Numbered from the stretch's first letter, positions 1 through 8,298 are shown. The stretch: 41,259 nucleotides of DNA from Minisyncoccia bacterium (GCA_049304335.1 JBAQOA010000027.1:1-41259), one strand, 5' to 3'. Notes: a model not told the origin generated them from the letters alone. Program-made: numbers and translations.

Positions 1-14
1 ACCCCGAGCGCCCC

Positions 15-1202
15 TTACGGCATGAATTTCGAAAACCAACTTTTTGCAGTTTTTCCAATTTTTCCTGGTCTTTTTAAAATTCCTGATATTGATGCAATAG
101 AAATGGGAACATCATCTTCGCGGTTTAAACCTAAAAAGCAAAGTCCGTATGCAACAGCCCACGATGAATCACGAATATTTTTTTCTCGGTTTCCAATTTC
201 AATGTGTGCAATACGGGAGGGAAGTCTCAACGATGCTTTTGCATAGTCTTCAATCGTCGTGATGCCAGCACCACCACCTGTGATGATAATTCCAGCCGGT
301 AGGAGTTGCGAGCGGCCGATTTTTTTCAAATGTGCTTCAACTAATTCAAATATGTCGGAAAGGCGAGAAGAAATAATGTCATCAAGCTTCTTTTTTGGAT
401 AATCGGCGTTTACTAGGCCACCACGTTTTAGCATCTCAGCTTCTTCCAAAGATATTTTCATGCCGAGCGCTATGTCGTGCGTGATGTTTGTAGAACCGAT
501 TGGAAAAACTTCTAAAGAAATTGGAATGTTATTTTCAAAAACGGCAATCGAAACAGTTTCAGAACCAATGTTTGCTAATACACAACCAGCCACCCTTTGG
601 GATTTGGTGAGTGTTACAAAGCTTGCTGCAATTGGAGCCGCTGAAATGTCTAGCGTTTCAACACCTGCCTCACCGAGCGCCTCAACCAAATCTCGCAAAT
701 GACTTTCAAGACAAGTCACAAAAAGTACTTTGGCCGTTAATTCATTACCGCCCATTCCTATCACTTTTCCATATACAGGTTTTTTATCCACGCTGTATTC
801 GATAGGAATATTGTAAATAATGCTTTTGTTTTGAAGTTCGTTTCGAGCAATATTTTCTTCAGCTGCACGCGCTACTTCTTCCACATCATGCTCAGTTATC
901 TCATTGTCTTGTCGCGCAATAGGGATAGTACCCGTTGAGGTGAGACCAGAAAGGCCAATGCCACCTATTGATACATAAGCAGAATCTATACTAAAGCCAA
1001 TTTGCTTTTCTGCACTTTCTTTAGCCACACGAACGGCACGGGCTACTTCTGGAATGTTCACCACATAGCCATGTCTAAGTCCTTTTGATTCGGCAGAAAC
1101 AGCAGCCAAAATAATAGGGGTCTGTGGACCCTTCTCAGCGACAACAATCTTCACTTGAAATGTGCCTATATCAATTCCTACTGCTATGTTTTTTCTTGCC
1201 AT
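15..1202 (-). CDS. ftsA: cell division protein FtsA (actin-like ATPase)
   Basis: 395-aa ORF. Actin/Hsp70-fold phosphate motifs are present: VGIDIGTFQVKIVV at the N-terminus, GGIGLSG, and IIITGGGAGI near the C-terminus. Confidence 0.85.
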   Translation of the reverse strand: MARKNIAVGIDIGTFQVKIVVAEKGPQTPIILAAVSAESKGLRHGYVVNIPEVARAVRVAKESAEKQIGFSIDSAYVSIGGIGLSGLTSTGTIPIARQDNEITEHDVEEVARAAEENIARNELQNKSIIYNIPIEYSVDKKPVYGKVIGMGGNELTAKVLFVTCLESHLRDLVEALGEAGVETLDISAAPIAASFVTLTKSQRVAGCVLANIGSETVSIAVFENNIPISLEVFPIGSTNITHDIALGMKISLEEAEMLKRGGLVNADYPKKKLDDIISSRLSDIFELVEAHLKKIGRSQLLPAGIIITGGGAGITTIEDYAKASLRLPSRIAHIEIGNREKNIRDSSWAVAYGLCFLGLNREDDVPISIASISGILKRPGKIGKTAKSWFSKFMP

Positions 1203-1587
1203 TTATTTTTAGGTGGACAGGTAGAGGAATTTTGAATTTCTTCAAAAATTTTCTCTCTTGTTCATCCATTCTAGCGCTATGCTCGAGCCCTTTCAAATGG
1301 AGTAGTGCGTGGATAAGCATATAAGTGACACAATCTTTCACCGAAAGCTCAAATTTTTTCGCATCTTTTGCAATACTTTCTTTATTCAAAAAAATTTCGC
1401 CCGAAGTTTTCGAAAGTGGAAAAGAAAGTACATTGGCAGGCTTGTTTTTGCCACGATACTTTTTGTTTATTTGCTGTGAGAGTTTTGGGGAAGCAAAAAC
1501 GACTGAAAGTTCGTACTTTTTTGCAAGTATTGCAGAGGCAATACGGGTGATTTGTTTCTTATCTTCTGCCACGCTTTCTTTCAACAA
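1171..1587 (-). CDS. ybeY: rRNA maturation endoribonuclease YbeY
   Basis: 138-aa ORF with the zinc-binding HxxxHxxxxxH motif (HALLHLKGLEH). The TTG start at 1587 overlaps the rpsU end; a GTG 15 nt downstream is an alternative start. The 3' end overlaps the ftsA start. Confidence 0.8.
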   Translation of the reverse strand: MLKESVAEDKKQITRIASAILAKKYELSVVFASPKLSQQINKKYRGKNKPANVLSFPLSKTSGEIFLNKESIAKDAKKFELSVKDCVTYMLIHALLHLKGLEHSARMDEQERKFLKKFKIPLPVHLKINGKKKHSSRN

Positions 1588-1804
1588 CCTTGCCCATTTT
1601 TAGGTCTGCCAAGATAGCATCTTTTCTTGAGATTCTTTTTAGAGTTTTCTTTTTCTTAACATTTTCAGAACGATTTCTTTCAGAATATCTCTTTGAGCGT
1701 ACTTTAGTTAAAACGCCAGAGCCCTGAACTCTTTTAGTGAAGCGACGAAGAGCCGAAAGGTTGTTTTCGGTGGATCCTCTGCTGATTTCTACATTAACTG
1801 CCAT
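1559..1804 (-). CDS. rpsU: 30S ribosomal protein bS21
   Basis: 81-aa strongly basic ORF. The LRRFTKRV...KRYSE...KKK pattern is typical of S21. Confidence 0.85.
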   Translation of the reverse strand: MAVNVEISRGSTENNLSALRRFTKRVQGSGVLTKVRSKRYSERNRSENVKKKKTLKRISRKDAILADLKMGKVVERKRGRR

Positions 1805-1849
1805 AGATGCGAAACTTTAGCATATTTATGCTTTATGGGCAATAAGCAC

Positions 1850-3025
1850 TTAGATTTTGCCCTTTTTGAGCACTTTCTTTATATATGCAGGAGCGTTTTC
1901 TATCGGCACAGATTCTTGGGCGCGTGTCTCGTTATCTCGTATCACCACTGATTTATCGAGCGCTTCTTTGTGCCCCATAATTATTAAAAATGGTGTTTTG
2001 TCCTCTGGACCCATTTGAGTAACTAACTTGTCGCGAGAAATATGGAACATCACAGGAATGCCTGCGAGTCTTAGATTCTCAACAAGCGGGAGAGATAAAA
2101 GTTTTGCTGTGTATCCCAATTGCACGAAATGAAATTTTGGGTCGCTCAATTTTTTACGGGTTGCTTTTGTGGTACCACCAGCAACCATCACAGATAAAAA
2201 CGGAGTTTCTCTTTTTGCCCCCATTTTTCTGGTGAGAGGTGATAGGCGCATACCACGCGCAAGGGTTTCTCCTGTTTCCTCATCTCTTATTTCAAACACA
2301 ATGTGATTTGCGCACGAACGTGGGGAAATCAAAGATGTGTCCAAAGCGTATGGGATGTTCATTATCTCTATATATTCAATGACCTCCTTGAGTAAATTTC
2401 TGCCATTTGGTGAAAGCGTGGCTATTGTCGTTGGGAACCTGTCTACGAATGGCGAATCTTTGTATTTTTTATCAGTTAGAAGTGCAAGAGGGTTGTCTTT
2501 AAATATCTTTTTAATTTCTGGTGGCATTAGAGGAGTGTTTTTTCTAGTGAATGATGCAAGTGCGCGGTCAAAATCATTCATTGATTCACGATCTCCGATT
2601 GAGCCGAGTGCGATTGTTAAATTTTTGTGTCCTGCTTCTTCAAGTAAAGAAACTGCAGTTCTAATAGCCAGAGCTTCTCCTGCAGAACCAGAAATCCCCA
2701 TAATGCGAAGAGAAACCATAGCCTTTTTTTTCTCGAACGATGAATGCGAGATGAGCAAAAGCGGGTGGGGAAGCACACTCCAGTTTTCATTTATATATTT
2801 TTTGACAAACGCCACATCCTCATCTACAAAAAGCATTGGTTCTTTCTCATCGCCCAAAAGTTCTTTTGCATATTCGCGGTCTTGGCGACTTGGCACGATG
2901 GACTCAATAGGAGTAAAACCAAAATATGCTGCTACTTCGTCGGCCTTCAGACTGAATGCTCGTATAGGAAATTTTATGTGTTTTGCTGGGTTCTCTGTGG
3001 GAGCAACTTCTTTCTTGTGGAACAT
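1850..3025 (-). CDS. HisRS/HisZ-like class II aminoacyl-tRNA-synthetase paralogue, apparently degenerate
   Basis: 391 aa. HisRS-like blocks are present (DNPLALLTDKK resembles NPLRILDSK; NIPYALDTSLISPRSCANHIVFEI resembles GI.Y..D..LVRGLDYY..TVFE). The C-terminal anticodon-binding-type domain is also present (PFLIIMGHKEALDKSVVIRDNETRAQ). The motif-2 RYERPQ-type residues are not recognisable. Confidence 0.55.
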   Translation of the reverse strand: MFHKKEVAPTENPAKHIKFPIRAFSLKADEVAAYFGFTPIESIVPSRQDREYAKELLGDEKEPMLFVDEDVAFVKKYINENWSVLPHPLLLISHSSFEKKKAMVSLRIMGISGSAGEALAIRTAVSLLEEAGHKNLTIALGSIGDRESMNDFDRALASFTRKNTPLMPPEIKKIFKDNPLALLTDKKYKDSPFVDRFPTTIATLSPNGRNLLKEVIEYIEIMNIPYALDTSLISPRSCANHIVFEIRDEETGETLARGMRLSPLTRKMGAKRETPFLSVMVAGGTTKATRKKLSDPKFHFVQLGYTAKLLSLPLVENLRLAGIPVMFHISRDKLVTQMGPEDKTPFLIIMGHKEALDKSVVIRDNETRAQESVPIENAPAYIKKVLKKGKI

Positions 3026-3030
3026 AGTAT

Positions 3031-3669
3031 TTATTTAGCGAATGCGCTGAGTGAGCCTGGCATTACACGGATTTTATCTACAGGGAAAAGTGCCAAGACT
3101 GGTTTCCCGACAATATTTTTGCGAGGTACAGGACCCCAAAGACGCGAGTCGGCCGAAGCTGCGCGGTTGTCTCCCATGGCAAAGTATTGTCCGTCTTTTA
3201 ATGTGTAAGTTAGTGTGTCTGTTTTGTTGAAAACCACAAATGGTTCATCAATCTTTATGCCTTCTGGATGTTCGGTGTTTATTATTGTTGTGCCACCTGC
3301 AGAAAGTTGCACTGTTTCTCCTGGAAGTCCGATAATTCTTTTAATAAAAAATTGTTTTGGGTCTAGTGGGTAATGAAAAATAATCACATCGCCTCTCTTT
3401 GGCTCCTCAAATCTGTATGAAATTTCATCAACAATTAGATATTCGCCGTTTTTAAATGTTGGGTCCATTGAAGAACCGTCAACTAGGTATGGCTGTGCGA
3501 TGAACATTCTAAAAGGAATAATCACAAAGACCACTATTGCTAAGAAGGAGAGGAGGTCTTTAATCCAAGGCTTTTCGTACCATTTTTGAAAGCCGTTTTG
3601 TGCTGATTGAGAGCTAGTTTTAAGAGTATTTTGGTCCATGTTCGCGCCATTGTACTGTGTCTCAAACAT
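3031..3669 (-). CDS. lepB: signal peptidase I
   Basis: N-terminal TM segment, then the boxes GSSMDPT (catalytic Ser), RGDVIIF, FIKRIIGLPGE (Lys) and GDNRAASADSR. An internal Met at 3639 is an alternative start. Confidence 0.9.
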   Translation of the reverse strand: MFETQYNGANMDQNTLKTSSQSAQNGFQKWYEKPWIKDLLSFLAIVVFVIIPFRMFIAQPYLVDGSSMDPTFKNGEYLIVDEISYRFEEPKRGDVIIFHYPLDPKQFFIKRIIGLPGETVQLSAGGTTIINTEHPEGIKIDEPFVVFNKTDTLTYTLKDGQYFAMGDNRAASADSRLWGPVPRKNIVGKPVLALFPVDKIRVMPGSLSAFAK

Positions 3670-3678
3670 AAAGTAAAC

Positions 3679-3838
3679 GCTCGCTTTTGTTTTCGGCGTT
3701 CACGCATAACTTTTCCAGCGAAAAAGTTTGCTGTCTCTCAGTTTGCCAAAGTAAAGAGTCCTTCGTGATTACACTCAGGACAGATTGACTTACCATGCTG
3801 GCAAACTTCCGAGACGAACGACGAAAACAAAAGCTCGC
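3679..3838. repeat. long-range imperfect inverted repeat in the divergent lepB/pth intergenic region
   Basis: The left arm GCTCGCTTTTGTTTTCGGCGTTC (3679-3701) pairs with GAACGACGAAAACAAAAGCTCGC (3816-3838) at about 20 of 23 positions. There are inner complementary segments (AAGTTTGC / GCAAACTT, GTCTC / GAGAC). Confidence 0.5.
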
Positions 3839-3945
3839 TCAAAATTCTAGAAACTTCCGATACAATAAATCCTCGCTCTAAAGTTTAAAATAGAATCATT
3901 TTAGAGTCTTCGCCGGCCAGCTGATTTATGTGATACGATTTTTGT

Positions 3946-4533
3946 ATGTGGTATGTAATTGGTTTAGGAAATCCTGGGGATGAATATGAAGGCACGCGTC
4001 ACAACATCGGCCGTGATGTTGTGAGCGCTCTCGCTAAAAAATTTGAACTAAATTTTAAAGAGGAAGGAAAAGCTAAGTCGCACTTTGCAAAGGGTTCAAT
4101 TGGGAAAAAGCCAAGCACGCTTCTTTTGCCAGATGTTTTTATGAATGAGTCAGGCAAAGTTGCAAAGTTTTATATAAAAAATAAGAAGGACGCTAAAAAC
4201 CTGATTGTTGTCAGAGATGATATTGATATGGGGCTTGGCACAATGAAGCTAACATTTAATCGTGGTTCAGGAGGGCACAGGGGCACAGAATCCGTCTTGG
4301 GTGCTATAAAAACAAGTGAGTTTTATCAACTAAAAATTGGAGTGTTACCACTAACTCCATCTGGAAAAATTAAAAAACCAAAAGGAGATAAAAAAGTGAT
4401 TGAATTTATTTTGGGTGAGTGGAAAAAAGATGAAGAAAAATTAATCAAGAAAGAAATTAAAAGAGCGGGTGAAGCAATTGAAGCGCTAATCAACGAAGGC
4501 TTTGGAAAGTCAGCAAGTAATTTTAATGGATAA
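3946..4533 (+). CDS. pth: peptidyl-tRNA hydrolase
   Basis: 195 aa. N-terminal signature VIGLGNPGDEYEGTRHNIGRDV with the catalytic His. Confidence 0.9.
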   Translation: MWYVIGLGNPGDEYEGTRHNIGRDVVSALAKKFELNFKEEGKAKSHFAKGSIGKKPSTLLLPDVFMNESGKVAKFYIKNKKDAKNLIVVRDDIDMGLGTMKLTFNRGSGGHRGTESVLGAIKTSEFYQLKIGVLPLTPSGKIKKPKGDKKVIEFILGEWKKDEEKLIKKEIKRAGEAIEALINEGFGKSASNFNG

Positions 4534-4540
4534 AAGCAAA

Positions 4541-4563
4541 GCCTCAGCTTGTTAAGCTGAGGC
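4541..4563. terminator. bidirectional stem-loop between pth and the convergent GC-rich ORF
   Basis: GCCTCAGCTT-GTT-AAGCTGAGGC, a perfect 10-bp stem. An A/T-rich run follows on the minus-strand side. The stop codon of ORF 4552..5037 lies in the loop. Confidence 0.6.
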
Positions 4564-5037
4564 TTGTAGTGCTTCGGTGGCACACCGAGCGTCATAGAAT
4601 GCATTCCTGCTGATTTCTTCAATGCAGGCTATGCACTCAAAATGGCGACGCACCACGTCTGCAAAGATGGCGACATCTGAGGACGGGATGGTGAAGTGCC
4701 TGCCGATGAACGACTGTGGCAGACTGTCGAGAAAGAGCCTATTGAGCTCTTTGGGACGTGTCCAAATCGACACCATACTGTCTTTCGTCGTCATGTGCTT
4801 GATGAGGGAAAAGGCATCAGAGATAGCCTTAACCTTCTGACCGATGACAGGGAAGTCGTCAGGGTCAGCCCACGGCGAGATAAGCGCGTATCGGTGAAAG
4901 CTTTGGTGCAGTTGCCTCTCATCTACGATACCTCCCACCAACATCCTGAAATTTGGATGCCGATTGAGGTATGCAAGTCCTGCGATGTAGAAGAGCACGC
5001 TTTGCACACCTCTGTCCGTACTACCGCATCCAATCAT
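4552..5037 (-). CDS. hypothetical cytosolic protein encoded in a GC-rich islet
   Basis: 161-aa ORF. A GGAG Shine-Dalgarno lies 7 nt upstream of the ATG (CACTGGAGAACCTATG on the minus strand). The terminator hairpin sits at the 3' end. No signal peptide and no motif I recognise. Confidence 0.5.
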   Translation of the reverse strand: MIGCGSTDRGVQSVLFYIAGLAYLNRHPNFRMLVGGIVDERQLHQSFHRYALISPWADPDDFPVIGQKVKAISDAFSLIKHMTTKDSMVSIWTRPKELNRLFLDSLPQSFIGRHFTIPSSDVAIFADVVRRHFECIACIEEISRNAFYDARCATEALQASA

Positions 5038-5137
5038 AGGTTCTCCAGTGAGCTTCTGCAGAGAATCTACATTTTTTTAGAATTTAAGCAACTAAAAAAC
5101 TGCACCCATCTCGAGTACAGTTTTTTAGTTTAATTAC

Positions 5138-6214
5138 TTAAGCCTCAATAAAGCTAAGTGTCATCTTCTGTTCTTTTGGATCAAAAGTTGAAATCTTAAA
5201 GTTATAAACTTTTCCAAGTCCAAGCTTTTCTCGAAGTTTTTCTTCAGTTCCAAATTCAGAAACATGCACGAGACCCGCAACACCTTCCTCGATAGAAGCC
5301 AAGGCACCGTGCTTGTTAAATTTGATTACAACACCCTTTACAGAATCACCCTTTTTGTATTTCTTTTCAGCGTCAGACCAAGGGTTTGGTTTTAATGCTT
5401 TGATAGAAAGAGAAATCTTTCCGTCTTTTATTTCAATTACTTTTACCTTTACACGATCACCAACTTTGTAAACAGAGCGAGGATTCTCAACTAATGACCA
5501 ATCCATTTCTGAAATGTGTACTAATCCTTCTAATCCTTCCTGAAGTTTTACAAAGATTCCGAAATCTACTGCGCCAGTAACTTCACCTAGTACTTCATCG
5601 CCGACAGAATATTTCTCTACCATGTCGCTCTTTGTTTTCTCGTTTTCGCCCTTTTCAGAGAAAATGAGTTTCCCTTCCTTAGGCATTGCTGCAATCATTG
5701 TGACTATAAAGTGTTCACCAACGAATTTTCTAAGTTCATCCAAGATTTTATCTTTATCACCATCTGCTACACGTGGGTAATGGTCCTGCTTTAGTTGTGA
5801 TGCAGGTAGAAAGCCTTGTATTCCTTGCCATTGCAAGATGAGACCGCCTTTGTTTGCGTCAACAACGGCCAAATCAAATTGCTTCTTTTCTTTAATAGCT
5901 TCATCTGCTTCTGCCCAGATTTGAGCCTGTCTTGCTTCCTTAAGAGAAATTTCAATGTAACCTTCAGGGTTATCAAAGCCCACAACTTTTCCTGCAATTG
6001 TGTCGCCAACATTTAGATTCTTAATAATGTCGCGTGCTTGCAAAAATTCTCTTCCGAAAATTATTCCAGTACCAAAAGGGGATAGGTCAATATAAACCGC
6101 CGCCTTTTCGATGCCGATTACTTTTCCTTCAATTATGTCTTCAGCAATTGGAGGAACAGGAGAATCAGCAACAATTTTATGCATTGCTGAATCTGCTTTT
6201 AATTCCTTATTCAT
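5138..6214 (-). CDS. rpsA: 30S ribosomal protein S1 (four S1/OB repeats)
   Basis: 358 aa with four repeats of the S1 motif pattern (G..V.G.V......G.FV.L..G..GLVHISE). Confidence 0.85.
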   Translation of the reverse strand: MNKELKADSAMHKIVADSPVPPIAEDIIEGKVIGIEKAAVYIDLSPFGTGIIFGREFLQARDIIKNLNVGDTIAGKVVGFDNPEGYIEISLKEARQAQIWAEADEAIKEKKQFDLAVVDANKGGLILQWQGIQGFLPASQLKQDHYPRVADGDKDKILDELRKFVGEHFIVTMIAAMPKEGKLIFSEKGENEKTKSDMVEKYSVGDEVLGEVTGAVDFGIFVKLQEGLEGLVHISEMDWSLVENPRSVYKVGDRVKVKVIEIKDGKISLSIKALKPNPWSDAEKKYKKGDSVKGVVIKFNKHGALASIEEGVAGLVHVSEFGTEEKLREKLGLGKVYNFKISTFDPKEQKMTLSFIEA

Positions 6215-6228
6215 TTTTGAATCCCACG

Positions 6229-6332
6229 ATCCCCCGTGAGATAAGCATTTTTAACTCTTATCTAAACTCTGATGTGAGATAGTATTTAAATTTTTTGGAA
6301 CACTACTTAAATTTACTATCTCACGGGGGGAT
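6229..6332 (-). promoter_or_regulatory. structured rpsA 5' leader with mutually exclusive pairings
   Basis: The segment TTAAATTTACTATCTCACGGGGGG (6308-6330) can pair with either of two partners. One is GTGAGATAGTATTTAA (6274-6289). The other is ATCCCCCGTGAGATA (6229-6243), which abuts the G-rich tract just upstream of the rpsA ATG. Confidence 0.45.
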
Positions 6333-6401
6333 TACGCGAGTTATTAATGGTTATTTCTATTAATCACCCGTCTTTCGAAGGGCACGGGAATAGTACAAGA
6401 G

Positions 6402-6436
6402 AAATGGCCGACCCGCAAGTGTGGGGTCGGCCATTT
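6402..6436 (-). terminator. intrinsic terminator of ORF 6451..6726
   Basis: AAATGGCCGACCC-GCAAGTGT-GGGGTCGGCCATTT. On the minus strand a T-rich run (TTTCTCTT) follows. Confidence 0.7.
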
Positions 6437-6450
6437 GTTTCTCACAAGAG

Positions 6451-6726
6451 TTAGTGCGGGTTCTTTCGCCTAAACTCCCGCTGGAACTCCACGCGTCTAA
6501 CCGTGGCGACGGAGTCCACATACTTCTTGAACTTCTTGCAGGTGGAATCCGGGACCGCCTCGCCGCGTTCCCACAGCGTGGGGATTGCAGTGAGGCCGAC
6601 TGATGTCGGCTCGACATCGCAGGGCGCCATTGTGCCAGCGGAGTGCTTGTTCTGCACTTCGTCGTACTTGAGCGCGCCAAATGTTATGGCGATGAGGAGA
6701 AACAGTATCAGCGTAACTACGCGCAC
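6451..6726 (-). CDS. small secreted or membrane-anchored protein (GC-rich islet)
   Basis: 91 aa. GTG start with AGGAG 8 nt upstream. N-terminal hydrophobic segment VVTLILFLLIAITFGAL. Two Cys residues. A terminator follows directly. Confidence 0.55.
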   Translation of the reverse strand: MRVVTLILFLLIAITFGALKYDEVQNKHSAGTMAPCDVEPTSVGLTAIPTLWERGEAVPDSTCKKFKKYVDSVATVRRVEFQREFRRKNPH

Positions 6727-6820
6727 GAAAAACTCCTATGTGAAGAGGGAAGGTACAGCAGACAATATTATAACAAATATTCTCGGGAATAGCAAATACG
6801 GAATTTTTATATAAAAGAAG

Positions 6821-6846
6821 AGCCCCTCGCTGCAAAGCGAGGGGCT
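6821..6846 (-). terminator. intrinsic terminator of ORF 6941..7504
   Basis: AGCCCCTCGC-TGCAAA-GCGAGGGGCT, followed on the minus strand by CTTCTTTTATAT. Confidence 0.7.
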
Positions 6847-6940
6847 AGGCTTCTAAGCCTTCTGTGTTTTTCTACCTTACACCGTCTCGACCGGTGTGGT
6901 AGTGAAAATGTTCACAATCCATCCTGTGAGGCCGGGCGGC

Positions 6941-7504
6941 CTAGAGTCGAGAGTAGAACCTCGGCGCGACCGGCGAAATTCCCGCAGCGTTGTCCGTCAT
7001 CGAGAAGACGTCGGAACATCGCAGGTAGAACGCGTTCTCCGTAGGTGTCGCGTTCCGATTCGCAGGGCTGGCCGCCACCTCACGGGGCGGCCGGTCGAGC
7101 GGCATGATGTTGCTGTAGCTTTTCCCCGAAAGGGGCCCCCAGGTCGATGCCGTGGCGTACGTGGTCGACGAGCAGCAAAGGTTGGTCTGCTGCTTGGCGG
7201 GCGGGCCGGTGTCGTAGAACGGCGTGGAGCCGTTCTCGGCGACAGGGGCTTCGACCGTCACGTCCAGCGTGCCGAGCGTGTTCTCAGCCTGGGCGGGCTT
7301 CTTGGCTGCCCAGCTGACGTCAACCGTCGTGGCGCTCGTGAGCGCGAAGCTCACATCGTACGGCGCAGCGAGGGGCGACTTCTGGCTGACCTGCTTGACC
7401 TTCGCTTCGGCCGCGTTGGCCGTGGGCGGTGCCATGGCGCCGGTCATCGCGATGGCGAAAATCGCCACCATGATGGGGTGCATGGTCTTGCGGGGCATCA
7501 TCAT
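6941..7504 (-). CDS. secreted protein (GC-rich islet)
   Basis: 187 aa. GAGAGG Shine-Dalgarno 6 nt upstream. Sec-type signal peptide MHPIMVAIFAIAMTGAMAPPTANA|AE. A beta-rich mature part follows (SFALTSATTVDVSWAA). It was chosen over the overlapping GC-rich frames because of the signal peptide, SD and terminator. Confidence 0.6.
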   Translation of the reverse strand: MMMPRKTMHPIMVAIFAIAMTGAMAPPTANAAEAKVKQVSQKSPLAAPYDVSFALTSATTVDVSWAAKKPAQAENTLGTLDVTVEAPVAENGSTPFYDTGPPAKQQTNLCCSSTTYATASTWGPLSGKSYSNIMPLDRPPREVAASPANRNATPTENAFYLRCSDVFSMTDNAAGISPVAPRFYSRL

Positions 7505-7673
7505 GCGGGCCTCTCGGCTCAGGTGATGGTGTTGGTAAAGTACTATCTGCCCTCAGGCAGGTAGTACCCACCGAGGAAAGGACATTATAGGAAATGGTTT
7601 TTTACTTGTCAATAGTCAGAATTTGTGGTGAAAAAAGTGGCTAAAATAGGCCATATTATGCTATAATAGGAGT

Positions 7674-8297
7674 ATGGTAATCACATATCACGGCTTGGAA
7701 TTTTTCAAAGTTACTTTTGGAAATACCACAATTGCTTTTAATCCGATCTCAAAAGATTCAAAAATAAAGGGTCCAAGATTTGGTGCAGATGTTGCTCTGA
7801 TTTCTGTAAAAGATAGAGATATGAATGGCGCAGACGCTGTTACTCGCGGAGAAAAAGAAACTTTTGTAATAAATGGACCCGGCGAATATGAAATCGGAGG
7901 ACTTACCGTGAAAGGCTTCGCATCAAAATCTGAATATGGAGGCGAAGAAAGAATGAATACAATTTATTTGGTCAATTTGGAGAATATGAATTTGTGTTTT
8001 TTGGGCGCGCTTGCGCACAAGGATTTAGACCCAAAAGTTTCTGAGGAGTTGGAAGATATCGATGTACTTTTCACACCAATTGGTGGTGAGGGCGTAATGT
8101 CTGGCGCGGAGTCATATAAAATGGCTGTTAAGTTGGAGCCAGCATTGATTATTCCTATGCACTATGACGATAAGTCTTTGAAAGTTTTTCTGAAGGAAGC
8201 TGGCGCAGAGAAAACTTCACCAATAGACAAATTAACTCTCAAGAAGAAAGACTTGGAAGGCAAAGAGTCTGACGTGGTTGTTCTAAAGGTAGAATAA
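7674..8297 (+). CDS. MBL-fold (UPF0173/YtkL-like) protein; canonical HxHxDH metal motif not evident
   Basis: 207 aa. AGGAG lies upstream of the ATG. The N-terminal ITYHGLEFFKV...IAFNP and C-terminal IIPMHYD blocks resemble the beta-lactamase-fold hydrolase family. The expected His cluster position reads VALISVKDRDMNG. Confidence 0.6.
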   Translation: MVITYHGLEFFKVTFGNTTIAFNPISKDSKIKGPRFGADVALISVKDRDMNGADAVTRGEKETFVINGPGEYEIGGLTVKGFASKSEYGGEERMNTIYLVNLENMNLCFLGALAHKDLDPKVSEELEDIDVLFTPIGGEGVMSGAESYKMAVKLEPALIIPMHYDDKSLKVFLKEAGAEKTSPIDKLTLKKKDLEGKESDVVVLKVE

Positions 8298-8298
8298 A

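Noticed and set aside
2337-3038. Long antisense ORFs inside well-supported genes. Examples: 2337..3038(+), 9982..10245(-), 10648..10956(-), 22006..22332(-), 22840..23094(-), 27427..27714(+), 27733..28032(+), 29853..30182(-), 31503..32066(+), 32199..32525(+), 38057..38482(-), 38603..38953(-), 40420..40749(-).
   Set aside because: They lie opposite genes with unmistakable family motifs. They have Ser/Phe/Ile/Leu-rich shadow-frame composition and no SD or terminator logic.
4326-5133. Alternative ORFs around the first islet: 4326..4622(-), 4622..4840(+) and 4696..5133(+).
   Set aside because: 4326..4622 is antisense to pth. The plus-strand frames lack an SD and oppose the SD- and terminator-supported minus-strand ORF 4552..5037.
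6360-7571. Multiple overlapping ORFs on both strands in the GC-rich islet. Examples: 6360..6680(-), 6497..6835(-), 6503..6814(+), 6896..7564(+) of 222 aa, 7224..7526(+), 7320..7571(-).
   Set aside because: High G+C keeps all frames open. These frames are Arg/Gly/Pro/His-rich and lack SD sites. Some run through terminator hairpins. Only 6451..6726 and 6941..7504 combine an SD, a signal peptide and a terminator.
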